Shown: positions 7,828 to 17,216 of the stretch, one piece after another
Layout: each line of letters begins with the position of its first letter
Position numbering within the stretch: position 1 is the stretch's first letter
Assembly: GCA_965240855.1 (NCBI GenBank)
Contig: CBDEMG010000038.1
Span: 18,226-82,225, forward strand
Source: an uncultured Bacteroidia bacterium
GTDB taxonomy: Bacteria > Bacteroidota > Bacteroidia > Bacteroidales > CAJPTX01
Reading direction: 5' to 3'
DNA: 64,000 bases
Position numbers and translations under genes: made by a program
Notes under the pieces: model-generated
Databases searched by the model: none
What the model was told of the DNA's origin: nothing
Seen by the model: only the letters and a program-made list of their open reading frames with translations

Positions 7828-10800
7828 CTAATAATCCTCTGTTTCCTCTTCCAAGGCTTCCTTTTCAAACTTCGCCTCCACAGTTATTGCATAGCCAGGC
7901 ATTGAGAATTGAAACTCGGAGTCACTTAGTTTGAGATAATTAATCTTTCCCTTTTTCTTCGAACCACTCTTATAGATTAGAAGACTGGAAAGACGGTAAT
8001 CTTCCTCTGGTTCTATCTCTAACATTACCCAAGTATCCTTTTCCTGTCCCTCATTCCCATTGACAATCTCAATTGTGCCATGTTCTGTGGGTTGGATTGT
8101 AATAGGATATGTTGTGGGTTCTGCTAGCAAAGGATTTCCATCGTCTTCTATTTTATCATCATCTCCCTCATCTATCCTATCCTCGTTTATCTTATCATCA
8201 TTATCATTCGCATCCTCATTCTCCTCATCTCCATTTTTTTCATCTTTCTCAAAAATCACTTGTACTTCTACCGCGCAGGCCGGCATCTTAAAACGATACT
8301 CGGTATCGCTTACCTTATTCGTGCTAACTGTTACACTCTCCGCACCACTTTTGAAGACCTTAAGACTCGCGAAATGATAATCGGCGTCTGGCGTGAGAGT
8401 TAAGGTTACCTGCGTATCGGCTTCTAACTCGCCTTCTTTATCTGCTTCTAACGTACCATTGGAAGGAGACTGTAACGAAAGTAAATAGGTTGTTGGAACT
8501 TGGGGGTGCGATTGCTGTGTTTTGTTCTTCTCAAACACCACTTTCACCGTCACATCATGCGCGGGCATCGTGAAATGATAATCGGTATCGCTGTCCTTGG
8601 TAGTAGCTATCGTAACCTTCGAATTGGTGAGCTTATACACTTTGAACGTTGCAAGGTGATAGTTCTCGTTTGGTATTAATGATAACCGTACCTCGGTATT
8701 AGACTTCACTTCGTCTTTCTTGGATATCTCTACTTTGCCATTAGGGGTGTCTTCCAATTGAAGCCAATATGTCCCTTGAGGCACATCCTTTTCAAACTTC
8801 ACCTCCACCGTTACGTCGTGGGCAGGCATAGTGAAACGATAGTCCGTGTCGTTATCCTTAGTGGTAACGACTGCGACTCCAGGATTATTGAGCTTATAAA
8901 CTTTGAAAAGCGCGAGACGGCAGTTTTCGTTGGGTATTAACGATAACTTAACCTCCGTATTGACTGGCACATTACCTTCATTAGATATCTCAACTCTACC
9001 ATTAGAGGTAGATTTCAATTCTAACCGATAAGACTTTGAGGCTTGCGGATTATCCTCTCCAGGTGTTTGTGATGACTCTTTCCCAAAAGTTGCCTGTACG
9101 GTTACCGAATAGTCTGGCATTACGAAACTATACTCATTGTCTCCGACCTTAGTCGTGCTAACAATTACTCCCTCCTCTCCTCTCTTATAGACTTTGAGGT
9201 TTTCGAGGTGATAAGAATCGTCAGGGGTTAATCTTAAAAATATCTCTGTTTCGCCAGCATCTCCTACAGATTTAAAAATATCTACTTTCCCGTGTGGCGA
9301 AGGTTTTAGGGAGATTGATGGCGGTTGCGAGGTTGCATTCTTTTTCTCAAATACCACCTTCACCATTACGTCGTGGGCAGGCATAGTAAAACGATACATT
9401 GTTTCACTATCCTCGGTGGTTGCAATACTTAAACTTTCATCACCGCTCTTGTATACTTTGAGAATTGAGAGGTTGTAATCTTTCTCGGGCGCAACAGTTA
9501 TAGTTACCTGCGTAGCAGACTTCACATCTTTTGTCTCTGAGCACTTTACCGAACCGTGGGCTGTAGGGGCAAGTGCAACAGAATGTTTGGTAAATTGGTA
9601 GGTTGGGATGGGTAATTGTGTCTCACCTCCTTCCACAACAAAAGGATATTTACTAAAACTCTTAAGTGTGTGATCTTTCAGTTCCGCTAAAACAAAGGCA
9701 GATTTAGTCCCCTTGGGTAGGTTAACAACTTTTCGGAGCGTGATCTCAATACTCTTACCCGGTTCAATGATATAGGTGCGGAGATGTTCAAATTCTCCAG
9801 GAAAACCTTTAGGATCTAGGAAATAAATCAACCAGTTATCAATATATGCACCAGCGTTGCCCTTGGCGCTGAGCCTAAAGCGTGCAGTATAGTCAGATCC
9901 CGCCTTTACATGTTCTGTTTTTTCGATGAGCTGAATATCAGGCAAATCTAACTCATAATGTGCTGCAGGAGTAATAGATATACTCGCTATAGGAAGTTTA
10001 CAGATCTTACCCTCACTATGCTCGTTTGCAAAGAAGTGGAGATATTTTTTCGTCCTACTCTTAGGACCCATAATCTGGGTGCGGAACATCGTCACTTCTC
10101 CAGGAGCTATATCTACTAGCTCATTGATTGCGCACTCGTCTAGCGATGAGGGGGGCATGGGCGATTCCGAGTCGCTATAAACAGCTTGTATATAGGATTT
10201 GTATTGTTGCGATCCCTTACTCCCCACACTCCATTCTACTGCATTGTAATTGTTCTCGTGAAGAGTGGTGGTGCTCTTCCATGTAACTTCCAACTGCGGA
10301 GTTTGGGTAACTTCCCTCACTTGTAAGGTTCGATGGGAAGCGGCTATCTTGATTTGTAGCCTTTTCCTATCCCTAGAGGTTACGGGATAGTACGTTTTGT
10401 TATCCTCCTCGTAAATATACGGACGGAGAGTATAGAGACCATTTGACACACCCGAGCAGTTGAACCCTTCACATAAGAGTTTATTGATACCCGGTTTTAG
10501 TAGTGTAGCCCCTTTCGATAGAAACCGGCTTACTTCCTCCCCTTTTTCATTGATAAAAGCAAATGCAAGACGTATAAAGCGAGACTCCGTGGAAGAGGTA
10601 AATACGCCACCAAGCCCGACCTCTCTGAAAGGAGTAGTAACTAACTCTGGTTCCAGATCCCACGAATGTACCAATAAGTCCAAGTAGGTGTAGTTATGGA
10701 CGTCTGGAGTGCCGCTATATTGCACTGCAGGGCAAATCCCAATAATTGCATCCTGATAGAAACTATAATTCCCATTATTGGATTCTAATTTATGCAATCT

Positions 10801-11793
10801 AAAGTATCCATCACATTGTCCGTTCCATCCCCAGTTTACATGGAAGTAACCATTTCCATCATATCCATCTATGACAAAGGTGTGTCCAGCTCCTTGTAAT
10901 GGCACACCACTGTAAATCACAGGACGCCGCGCTTGTAACTCCGATATAAGGAGCTGTTCCCACACTAATGAAGAATAGTCGCTAGCATGTACTAGCTGAA
11001 GCGATGGTGCATAAGCAAAATAAGAGCGAAGTGCATTAAAAGCATCGAACGAAGAACTCGCACCCCCCGAAGCGCTATATCGCATTCTTAATGCCTTTCC
11101 GAGTTCGCGCATTAAATAAGCCACTGCTTCCTTTTCTTCTTGCGTGCCGTCGCTAGCAGGATTGTTGGGCATCTTTTTCCAATCAAAGGATTTCGTACAG
11201 AATTCGTTCTCGCCCGCTATCGTCCCTTTCCCTTGCGGAGGCCATGCATAGTAACGCATCAATTGGGCACAGGCTGTTGCCACACAACCTGTTGGGTATT
11301 TATTAGGTGTATAAAGGTTGTATGGGTACTCCTGCCCCCAGGCAAGGTTACGCAGGAGTGGAGTAACCACCTCTGCAGCATTACGGAAGTTCTGTGAGGA
11401 AGGAACGCTCCTTGTATTACGAACCTCCTTAACCCATGCCGAATATCCGTCAAGGTATTGGGCAATCTCCCTAGGCATTGCCTGGGTGGAGAAGTTATCC
11501 TGATCCGAATAAGCAAGAATTGGGGGGAGGGCGTCGTCTCCTGCCACGACCACAAATCCAGCCCCAGTCTTGTTGCCAAAGACATAGTAATCTTTCCCAT
11601 CGTTACTCCCTTTAGTGGGTAATCCAGAGCTCGTATAGAGCAGTTCAACGGGCTGAGCTCCTCTCACAAGCTCCAATTTGAAATGTTGTTGTGCGTAGCT
11701 TGCCGCTTTTTCTTGTGAAATGGGGGCAGCCCACACCCTTAGGGTACTAAAAAGTAGTAACCCAAATAGAATTAGGATAGTGTTTTTGTTCAT
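7828..11793 (-). CDS. Peptidase C10 (streptopain/PrtT-like cysteine protease) with seven C-terminal tandem beta-repeat modules
   Basis: Signal peptide MNKNTILILFGLLLFSTLRVWA (ATG at 11793). Catalytic Cys context TGCVATACAQLMRYYAWP and His context GAGHTFVIDGYDGNGYFHVNWGWNG. The C-terminal ~590 aa consists of 7 repeats, each ending ..Y(R/H/S)F(T/V/K)MP..DV.V.V.FEK. Confidence 0.85.
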   Translation of the reverse strand: MNKNTILILFGLLLFSTLRVWAAPISQEKAASYAQQHFKLELVRGAQPVELLYTSSGLPTKGSNDGKDYYVFGNKTGAGFVVVAGDDALPPILAYSDQDNFSTQAMPREIAQYLDGYSAWVKEVRNTRSVPSSQNFRNAAEVVTPLLRNLAWGQEYPYNLYTPNKYPTGCVATACAQLMRYYAWPPQGKGTIAGENEFCTKSFDWKKMPNNPASDGTQEEKEAVAYLMRELGKALRMRYSASGGASSSFDAFNALRSYFAYAPSLQLVHASDYSSLVWEQLLISELQARRPVIYSGVPLQGAGHTFVIDGYDGNGYFHVNWGWNGQCDGYFRLHKLESNNGNYSFYQDAIIGICPAVQYSGTPDVHNYTYLDLLVHSWDLEPELVTTPFREVGLGGVFTSSTESRFIRLAFAFINEKGEEVSRFLSKGATLLKPGINKLLCEGFNCSGVSNGLYTLRPYIYEEDNKTYYPVTSRDRKRLQIKIAASHRTLQVREVTQTPQLEVTWKSTTTLHENNYNAVEWSVGSKGSQQYKSYIQAVYSDSESPMPPSSLDECAINELVDIAPGEVTMFRTQIMGPKSRTKKYLHFFANEHSEGKICKLPIASISITPAAHYELDLPDIQLIEKTEHVKAGSDYTARFRLSAKGNAGAYIDNWLIYFLDPKGFPGEFEHLRTYIIEPGKSIEITLRKVVNLPKGTKSAFVLAELKDHTLKSFSKYPFVVEGGETQLPIPTYQFTKHSVALAPTAHGSVKCSETKDVKSATQVTITVAPEKDYNLSILKVYKSGDESLSIATTEDSETMYRFTMPAHDVMVKVVFEKKNATSQPPSISLKPSPHGKVDIFKSVGDAGETEIFLRLTPDDSYHLENLKVYKRGEEGVIVSTTKVGDNEYSFVMPDYSVTVQATFGKESSQTPGEDNPQASKSYRLELKSTSNGRVEISNEGNVPVNTEVKLSLIPNENCRLALFKVYKLNNPGVAVVTTKDNDTDYRFTMPAHDVTVEVKFEKDVPQGTYWLQLEDTPNGKVEISKKDEVKSNTEVRLSLIPNENYHLATFKVYKLTNSKVTIATTKDSDTDYHFTMPAHDVTVKVVFEKNKTQQSHPQVPTTYLLSLQSPSNGTLEADKEGELEADTQVTLTLTPDADYHFASLKVFKSGAESVTVSTNKVSDTEYRFKMPACAVEVQVIFEKDEKNGDEENEDANDNDDKINEDRIDEGDDDKIEDDGNPLLAEPTTYPITIQPTEHGTIEIVNGNEGQEKDTWVMLEIEPEEDYRLSSLLIYKSGSKKKGKINYLKLSDSEFQFSMPGYAITVEAKFEKEALEEETEDY
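7831..9600 (-). repeat. Seven tandem ~85-95-aa coding repeats (InlB-B-repeat/Listeria-Bacteroides-repeat-like) with an embedded D/E-rich linker (about 8130-8260)
   Basis: The motif TMPAHDVTV.V.FEK recurs at roughly 270-nt spacing. The acidic stretch is GDEENEDANDNDDKINEDRIDEGDDDKIEDDG. Confidence 0.75.
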
Positions 11794-11835
11794 GACAGTT
11801 CTGTCTTCTAATTTGCTCAAATGCCTAAAAATATT

Positions 11836-11843
11836 CAAAAATA
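11836..11843 (-). promoter_or_regulatory. Bacteroidota -7 promoter box (TATTTTTG on the minus strand)
   Basis: CAAAAATA on the plus strand, an exact TAnnTTTG match, ~43 nt upstream of the C10 protease ATG. Confidence 0.35.
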
Positions 11844-11997
11844 ATAAAAGGAATCCGTCCCTGTTGCATTAAGGTTACATCCTTCTTGCTCCCTAAGTAA
11901 TCAATATTTGTAGAGGCGAAACGTGATTCGCACATTGAAGGTGCGTCAAAATGTAAATTACGAGAGATATAAAGCAAGTATACCATTATCTTTTCCA

Positions 11998-12060
11998 GAC
12001 AGGGCATGCCCTGTCCTACATAACACCCTCAGCCCAAAGTTTCTACATTGGGCTGGAGTC
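11998..12060. repeat. REP-like element, unit 1 (18-nt palindrome GACAGGGCATGCCCTGTC, CTACATAA tail, then a hairpin)
   Basis: Perfect palindrome at 11998-12015. Tail CTACATAACACCC. Hairpin CAGCCCAA-agtttctac-attGGGCTG. Confidence 0.7.
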
Positions 12061-12080
12061 TCATTTCAGAACTCCTGATA

Positions 12081-12235
12081 GGGCATGCCATGTCCCTTCA
12101 TAACACCCCACAGCACGGGGTTTCTACCGCCGTGCTAAAAAAGACTCGCCCCACAAGGGGGCTTAAGTAAGACCCGCTTGTCGCAAATTCCGCCCCTCTG
12201 GCGCAAGGACCGTCTGCTAAGACCGTTAGGAGCAG
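12081..12235. repeat. REP-like element, unit 2; left copy of the direct repeat flanking the Type ISP cassette
   Basis: Degenerate palindrome GGGCATGCCATGTCCC, hairpin AGCACGG-ggtttctaccg-CCGTGCT, hairpin GCCCC-acaa-GGGGC, then ..GTCTGCTAAGACC... By eye it aligns to 18741-18872 at roughly 80% identity. Confidence 0.7.
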
Positions 12236-12251
12236 TTCTCCCCTTTTGCTT

Positions 12252-12259
12252 TAAATTTG
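12252..12259 (+). promoter_or_regulatory. Bacteroidota -7 promoter box (TAAATTTG)
   Basis: Exact TAnnTTTG match, 42 nt upstream of the Type ISP ATG at 12301. Confidence 0.4.
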
Positions 12260-12300
12260 ACATATGCATGTGCAATTCGTAAGTAGCTCAGGTAAAGAAA

Positions 12301-15300
12301 ATGACTACCATCCACGAAATCTTAACGCGAGTCCGAAAAGAAGCACTCACCGAAACTGAAAAAGGGACACGATTCGAAAGGCTTATGTGTGCATGGCTCA
12401 AAACCACGCCTATGTACGCGAACCTCTTCGAGGCTGTGTGGCTCTGGCGCGAGTTCCCTGCACGCAGCGAATTCGGTGGTAAAGATACGGGGATAGATAT
12501 CGTAGCAAAGACCAACCTAGGCGAATACTGGGCAATCCAGTGTAAGTGCTATGCCGAAGATACGCACATCAATAAGCCCGAGGTCGATACCTTCCTCTCC
12601 ACCTCTAGCAAAGGGTTTACCGACCCGACAAGTGGCGCGAGCTGCTCGTTTGCACACCGTCTCTGGATTGCAACAACCTACCACTGGGGGCGCGAAGCCG
12701 AGCTCGTGATTCAAAACCAGAACCCACCCGTTACGCGCATTCAACTCGCCGATCTGGATGCCTCGCCCGTCGACTGGGGCAAACTCTGGGAAGGGCTTGA
12801 GGGCTCTGCGGCGCGTATTGCGAGAAAAGAGCTCCGCAAACACCAAATCGAAGCACTGCAAGCGGCACATGCCCACTATGCTACTGCTGATCGGGGCAAA
12901 CTCGTTATGGCATGCGGCACGGGAAAGACCTTTACCTCGCTTAAACTCGTCGAACAAGAGCTGAGTGGCCACGGGCTTGTACTCTTTCTCGTACCCAGTA
13001 TCGCACTGCTCGGTCAGTCGCTTAACGATTGGATGGGCGATGCCGAAAAGCCCCTGAAAGCCATCTGCGTCTGCTCGGATGCGCACGCCTCGCGCAAAAT
13101 GAAGCGCAATGAGGACGACGCCCCCTCCGATACCCCTGTCGACCTAGCCCTCCCTGCCTCGACGCACCCCGAAACGATAATCCGTCAGCTCGAGGCCTAC
13201 CAAAATTACGAGGGGCTTGTGGTCGTGTTTTCTACCTACCAAAGTATCGACATTGTCGCAGCGGCGCAAGTGCAACTCCTCGAAAAGAGCGAGGGTACGT
13301 ACGGGACTTTTGACTTCGTAGTATGCGACGAGGCGCATCGCACCACGGGCGTGAAAATCTCGCAAAGCGACGAGAGCAACTTCACCAAAATCCACAACAA
13401 CGAGATTATCCGCGCCTACAAACGACTCTATATGACCGCCACGCCGCGCATCTTTGGCGAGACCTCCAAAATAAAAGCCAGCAAGAACAACTATATCCTC
13501 TGTTCGATGGACGATACCTCGATTTACGGCGAGGAGTTCTATCGCGTGAACTTCGCCTATGCCGTACGCGAGGGCATCCTGACAGACTATAAAGTGCTGG
13601 TGCTGACCGTCTCGGAGGATCAGATCCCAGACGAGCTCCTTCAACAAATAAAAGAGGACGACCTGCACGAACTCAACTACGACGACACGGGGAAGCTCAT
13701 CGGGCTTATCAACGGACTCTCGAAAAAGCTCTATGGCGACCACGGCATCACTTGGCTCTCCGACCCACGACTGATGCGACGTGCACTCGCCTTCACCCAC
13801 AAAATCGGTAAGACGGACGAGCCTGGCACCTCAAAAAACATAGAAAAGGTCTTCCCACAAGTTTCGCAAACCTACAACGCGAGCCTCTCTGCGGAAGAGC
13901 AACAGCAAGTGGTGCACATCGCTACGCGCCACGTGGACGGAAGTATGGGCACTAGCGAACGGCATGCAGCCCTTGCATGGCTTGCAGAAGAAGCAGAAGA
14001 CCCACAGGAGTGCCGCATCATCTCGAACGTACGATGCCTTTCGGAGGGAGTGGATATCCCCGCCCTCGATGCTGTAATTTTCCTCTCGGCGCGCAGCTCG
14101 CAAGTAGATATCGTACAAAGCCTAGGGCGCGTGATGCGCTCGTTTCGGCGCGGGCAGCTTGGCGAAAAGAAGTATGGCTACATCATTATCCCCGTCGTTG
14201 TGCCCGAGGGTGTAAGCCCAGAGAAGGCTCTGGAGGACAACGCTTTTTCCACGGTCTGGAGTACGCTGAACGCCCTCCGTGCGCACGACGACCACTTTAA
14301 CGCCATTGTAAACTCGATTGCACTGAACCAGAACAAGTCCTCTAAAATTACCCTCGCAACCCTCGGGATGGGGCAGACGGGCGTAGGACAAACTGACCCC
14401 GTGCCAGCACGTCACGAGGCGCAGCAGATATCGCAACAGACGATTATCAGCCGACTTCACCTCAAATTTGGCGACGCACAGCAAGCCATCTACGCAAAGC
14501 TCGTTGAGAAGTGTGGCGACCGTTTCTATTGGGAGGACTGGGCTGCCTCCGTGGGCGAGATTGCAAAAAAGTACATTGCGCGCATCGAACGACTGGTTCT
14601 AAAGAAAGAGAGCGAGCTAGCCGCTGAGTTTCAACGCTTTGTAAGCACCCTGCAGCAGAACCTGAACCCGAGTATAGCACCTGAGCAGTGCATCGAGATG
14701 CTGGCGCAGCACCTCATTACGCGCCCCGTGTTCGAAGCCCTATTTACTGAATATCAGTTCGTTAGCAACAACTCGATCTCCTCCTCAATGCAGCGAATGA
14801 TTGAACTGCTGGAGCGCGAGGCCGTGAATAAGGATCTTGCCCCATTACACAATTTCTACGAATCGGTACGCGCCAATGTGGGAAATATCGATAACCTCGA
14901 GGGCAAACAGACCGTAATCAAAAATCTCTACGAGAAGTTTTTTAAGCGCGCCTTCCCCCTTACGGTCGAAAAACTGGGGACGGTCTATACTCCCATCGAG
15001 TGCGTCGATTTTATTCTCCATTCGGTCGACGATGTGTTGCGCAAAGAATTCGGTACAGCCCTGACAAACAAAGGGGTACACGTGCTCGATCCCTTTGCTG
15101 GCACGGGTACATTCATTACGCGCCTCCTGCAATCGGGGCTAATACGTCGCGAAGATATGGTGCGCAAATATCGCGAGGAGCTCCACGCCAACGAGCTTAT
15201 TCTTTTGGCATATTACATAGCCGATGTGAACATCGAGAGCGTCTTTCAGCAGCAATACAACCCCGAGGAATATATGCCCTACGACGGGATTTGCCTAACC

Positions 15301-17211
15301 GACACCTTCCAGCAAGGTGAAAATAACGAAGGCGACCTCTTCACAGAATTCTTCCGAGAGAACTCCGAAATTGTGGAGGCGCAGCGCAAGACCCCTATAC
15401 GCGTAATTGTGGGCAACCCGCCCTATTCGGTGGGGCAGAAATCGGCTAACGACAACGCGCAAAACCAAAGGTATCCAAAGCTTGAAAGGCGAATAGAGGA
15501 GACCTATGTAGCAGCATCCTCTGCAGTCAATTCTAAAAGCCTTTACGACTCCTATATTAAGGCTTTCCGCTGGGCTACCGATCGTTTGCCTGAGAACGAG
15601 GGAGGGGTAATTGCCTTTATTTCGAACGGAGCGTGGATAGACGGCAACTCGCAGGACGGCTTTCGCGCTTCGCTCCGAAAAGAATTTGACAAAATTTATG
15701 TTTACAATTTGAGGGGAAATCAACGTACAAGCGGCGAACTCTCGCGCAAAGAGGGGGGTAAAATCTTCGGAGGCGGCAGCCGTACGCCTATAGCCATAAC
15801 CATTTTAGTGCGCTATCCTGCTGAGCGGCGACTACCACAAGGGCAGATCTTCTATTACGACATTGGCGACTACCTTAGCCGCGAACAGAAACTCGCCACC
15901 ATTCGTAAGACAAAAAGCTATGTCAACCTAAAGTGGACAGAGATTACCCCCAATGCGAAGCACGACTGGATCAACCAGCGAGATGGGCTTTTCGATACCC
16001 TACTCCCCCTTGCGCCTGAAAAGAAGTATAACAAAGAGACCAAGAGTGTGTTTGTGACGAATGCAATAGGGATTGCAACAAATAGGGATGCGTGGGTCTA
16101 CGGCTTTTCTAAAGAGCAAGTAAGCGCTAATATGCAGGCGATGATTGCTTTCTATAAGGCGCAAATTGGGCAAGAGAGACCATCTATTGATGAAACAAAA
16201 ATAAGCTGGACTAGGGCGTTACGAAAAGATTTAGAAAAAGAGAAAATCCACTCGTTCGATATTTCAACATTTGTAGAAAGTTCTTATCGGCCATTCACTA
16301 AGTATGCTCTGTATAATCATCGACCTTTTATCGAATGTCCAGGTATTTTTGAACAGCTATTTCCCACGCCAAAGCATGAAAACTTGCTCATTGGAGTATG
16401 TGGAGTAGGAGCAGGAAAAGGATTCTCTACGCTTATTTTAGATAAAGTTCCTTCTCTTGATATTTTAGACAAAACTCAATGTTTCCCCCTCTACTACTAC
16501 ACCGAAAGTAAGGACACCGTAACGCACGACCTATTCGGGAAGGAGGTCGCCTCCCACTGGGAGCGGCACGATGGGGTGTCCGATTGGTTCTGGACGGAGG
16601 TGCGCTCGCGCTACGGCTATGCGCACAACCTCACGAAGGAGGATATCTTTTACTATGTCTATGGTTTGTTGCACAGCCCAGACTATCGCGCTCGTTTTGC
16701 CGACGACCTGCGTAAAAGTCTCGCACGCATCCCTATTGTAGACTCCGTAGACGATTTCATCGCCTTTAGCAAAGCGGGTCGTGCCCTTGCTGCCCTCCAC
16801 CTAAGTTATGAGGAACACGCCAACGAAGCCCTTCAAATGGGCGTTACGCTCCTCGAGCGCGACAAGGCCGATCAAGACCCTTACGACTACTACGCCGTCC
16901 AGAAACTCCGCTTCCCGAGCAAGACCGAACGTGACACCATAATCTACAATGCGCACATTGAAATCGGGAACATCCCCCTTGCGGCGTACGACTACGTAGT
17001 GAACGGCAAATCGCCCATCGAATGGGTGATGGAACGCTATGCCATCACGACAGATAGGAAGAGTGGAATCCCGAACAACCCGAACCTCTGGGCCAAAGAA
17101 CACTCCGCTCCGCGTTATATCCTCGATCTTCTCCTCTCGCTCATCTATGTGAGCGTAGAAACCAATAAAATTGTGAAAGTACTACCCAAAGTGGAATTTG
17201 AAAAAGCATAA
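12301..17211 (+). CDS. Type ISP restriction-modification enzyme (Mrr-like nuclease, SF2 helicase-like ATPase, N6-adenine methyltransferase, C-terminal specificity domain; LlaGI/LlaBIII architecture)
   Basis: 1636 aa. The nuclease core is GIDIVAK...WAIQCK. The helicase has Walker A ACGTGKT (12916-12930), DEAH (13327-13338), TATPR and QSLGRVMR. The methylase has the AdoMet motif LDPFAGTGTF and NPPY (15415-15426). The C-terminal part carries RDAWVY, YRPF and CFPLYYY motifs, which I recall from Type ISP C-terminal domains. Confidence 0.9.
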   Translation: MTTIHEILTRVRKEALTETEKGTRFERLMCAWLKTTPMYANLFEAVWLWREFPARSEFGGKDTGIDIVAKTNLGEYWAIQCKCYAEDTHINKPEVDTFLSTSSKGFTDPTSGASCSFAHRLWIATTYHWGREAELVIQNQNPPVTRIQLADLDASPVDWGKLWEGLEGSAARIARKELRKHQIEALQAAHAHYATADRGKLVMACGTGKTFTSLKLVEQELSGHGLVLFLVPSIALLGQSLNDWMGDAEKPLKAICVCSDAHASRKMKRNEDDAPSDTPVDLALPASTHPETIIRQLEAYQNYEGLVVVFSTYQSIDIVAAAQVQLLEKSEGTYGTFDFVVCDEAHRTTGVKISQSDESNFTKIHNNEIIRAYKRLYMTATPRIFGETSKIKASKNNYILCSMDDTSIYGEEFYRVNFAYAVREGILTDYKVLVLTVSEDQIPDELLQQIKEDDLHELNYDDTGKLIGLINGLSKKLYGDHGITWLSDPRLMRRALAFTHKIGKTDEPGTSKNIEKVFPQVSQTYNASLSAEEQQQVVHIATRHVDGSMGTSERHAALAWLAEEAEDPQECRIISNVRCLSEGVDIPALDAVIFLSARSSQVDIVQSLGRVMRSFRRGQLGEKKYGYIIIPVVVPEGVSPEKALEDNAFSTVWSTLNALRAHDDHFNAIVNSIALNQNKSSKITLATLGMGQTGVGQTDPVPARHEAQQISQQTIISRLHLKFGDAQQAIYAKLVEKCGDRFYWEDWAASVGEIAKKYIARIERLVLKKESELAAEFQRFVSTLQQNLNPSIAPEQCIEMLAQHLITRPVFEALFTEYQFVSNNSISSSMQRMIELLEREAVNKDLAPLHNFYESVRANVGNIDNLEGKQTVIKNLYEKFFKRAFPLTVEKLGTVYTPIECVDFILHSVDDVLRKEFGTALTNKGVHVLDPFAGTGTFITRLLQSGLIRREDMVRKYREELHANELILLAYYIADVNIESVFQQQYNPEEYMPYDGICLTDTFQQGENNEGDLFTEFFRENSEIVEAQRKTPIRVIVGNPPYSVGQKSANDNAQNQRYPKLERRIEETYVAASSAVNSKSLYDSYIKAFRWATDRLPENEGGVIAFISNGAWIDGNSQDGFRASLRKEFDKIYVYNLRGNQRTSGELSRKEGGKIFGGGSRTPIAITILVRYPAERRLPQGQIFYYDIGDYLSREQKLATIRKTKSYVNLKWTEITPNAKHDWINQRDGLFDTLLPLAPEKKYNKETKSVFVTNAIGIATNRDAWVYGFSKEQVSANMQAMIAFYKAQIGQERPSIDETKISWTRALRKDLEKEKIHSFDISTFVESSYRPFTKYALYNHRPFIECPGIFEQLFPTPKHENLLIGVCGVGAGKGFSTLILDKVPSLDILDKTQCFPLYYYTESKDTVTHDLFGKEVASHWERHDGVSDWFWTEVRSRYGYAHNLTKEDIFYYVYGLLHSPDYRARFADDLRKSLARIPIVDSVDDFIAFSKAGRALAALHLSYEEHANEALQMGVTLLERDKADQDPYDYYAVQKLRFPSKTERDTIIYNAHIEIGNIPLAAYDYVVNGKSPIEWVMERYAITTDRKSGIPNNPNLWAKEHSAPRYILDLLLSLIYVSVETNKIVKVLPKVEFEKA

Positions 17212-17216
17212 TAATA

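Noticed and set aside
8060-8377. Plus-strand ORFs (105 aa and 60 aa) rich in S/L/P/H
   Set aside because: They are the antisense reading of the D/E-rich linker of the C10 protease gene, which makes them a low-complexity artefact.
11998-12235. Possible CRISPR array suggested by repeated palindromic units
   Set aside because: There are only two units, of unequal length and content, and the repeats are themselves perfect palindromes with hairpins. No cas genes are present, and the same element recurs singly elsewhere. A REP-like element explains this better.
12517-13800. Long antisense ORFs (12517-13086, 189 aa; 13144-13800, 218 aa) and several others opposite the Type ISP gene
   Set aside because: They lie entirely inside a gene with strong, ordered motif support on the other strand. 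Their translations are low-complexity and R/G/V-rich, as expected for stop-poor antisense frames of G+C-rich coding DNA.
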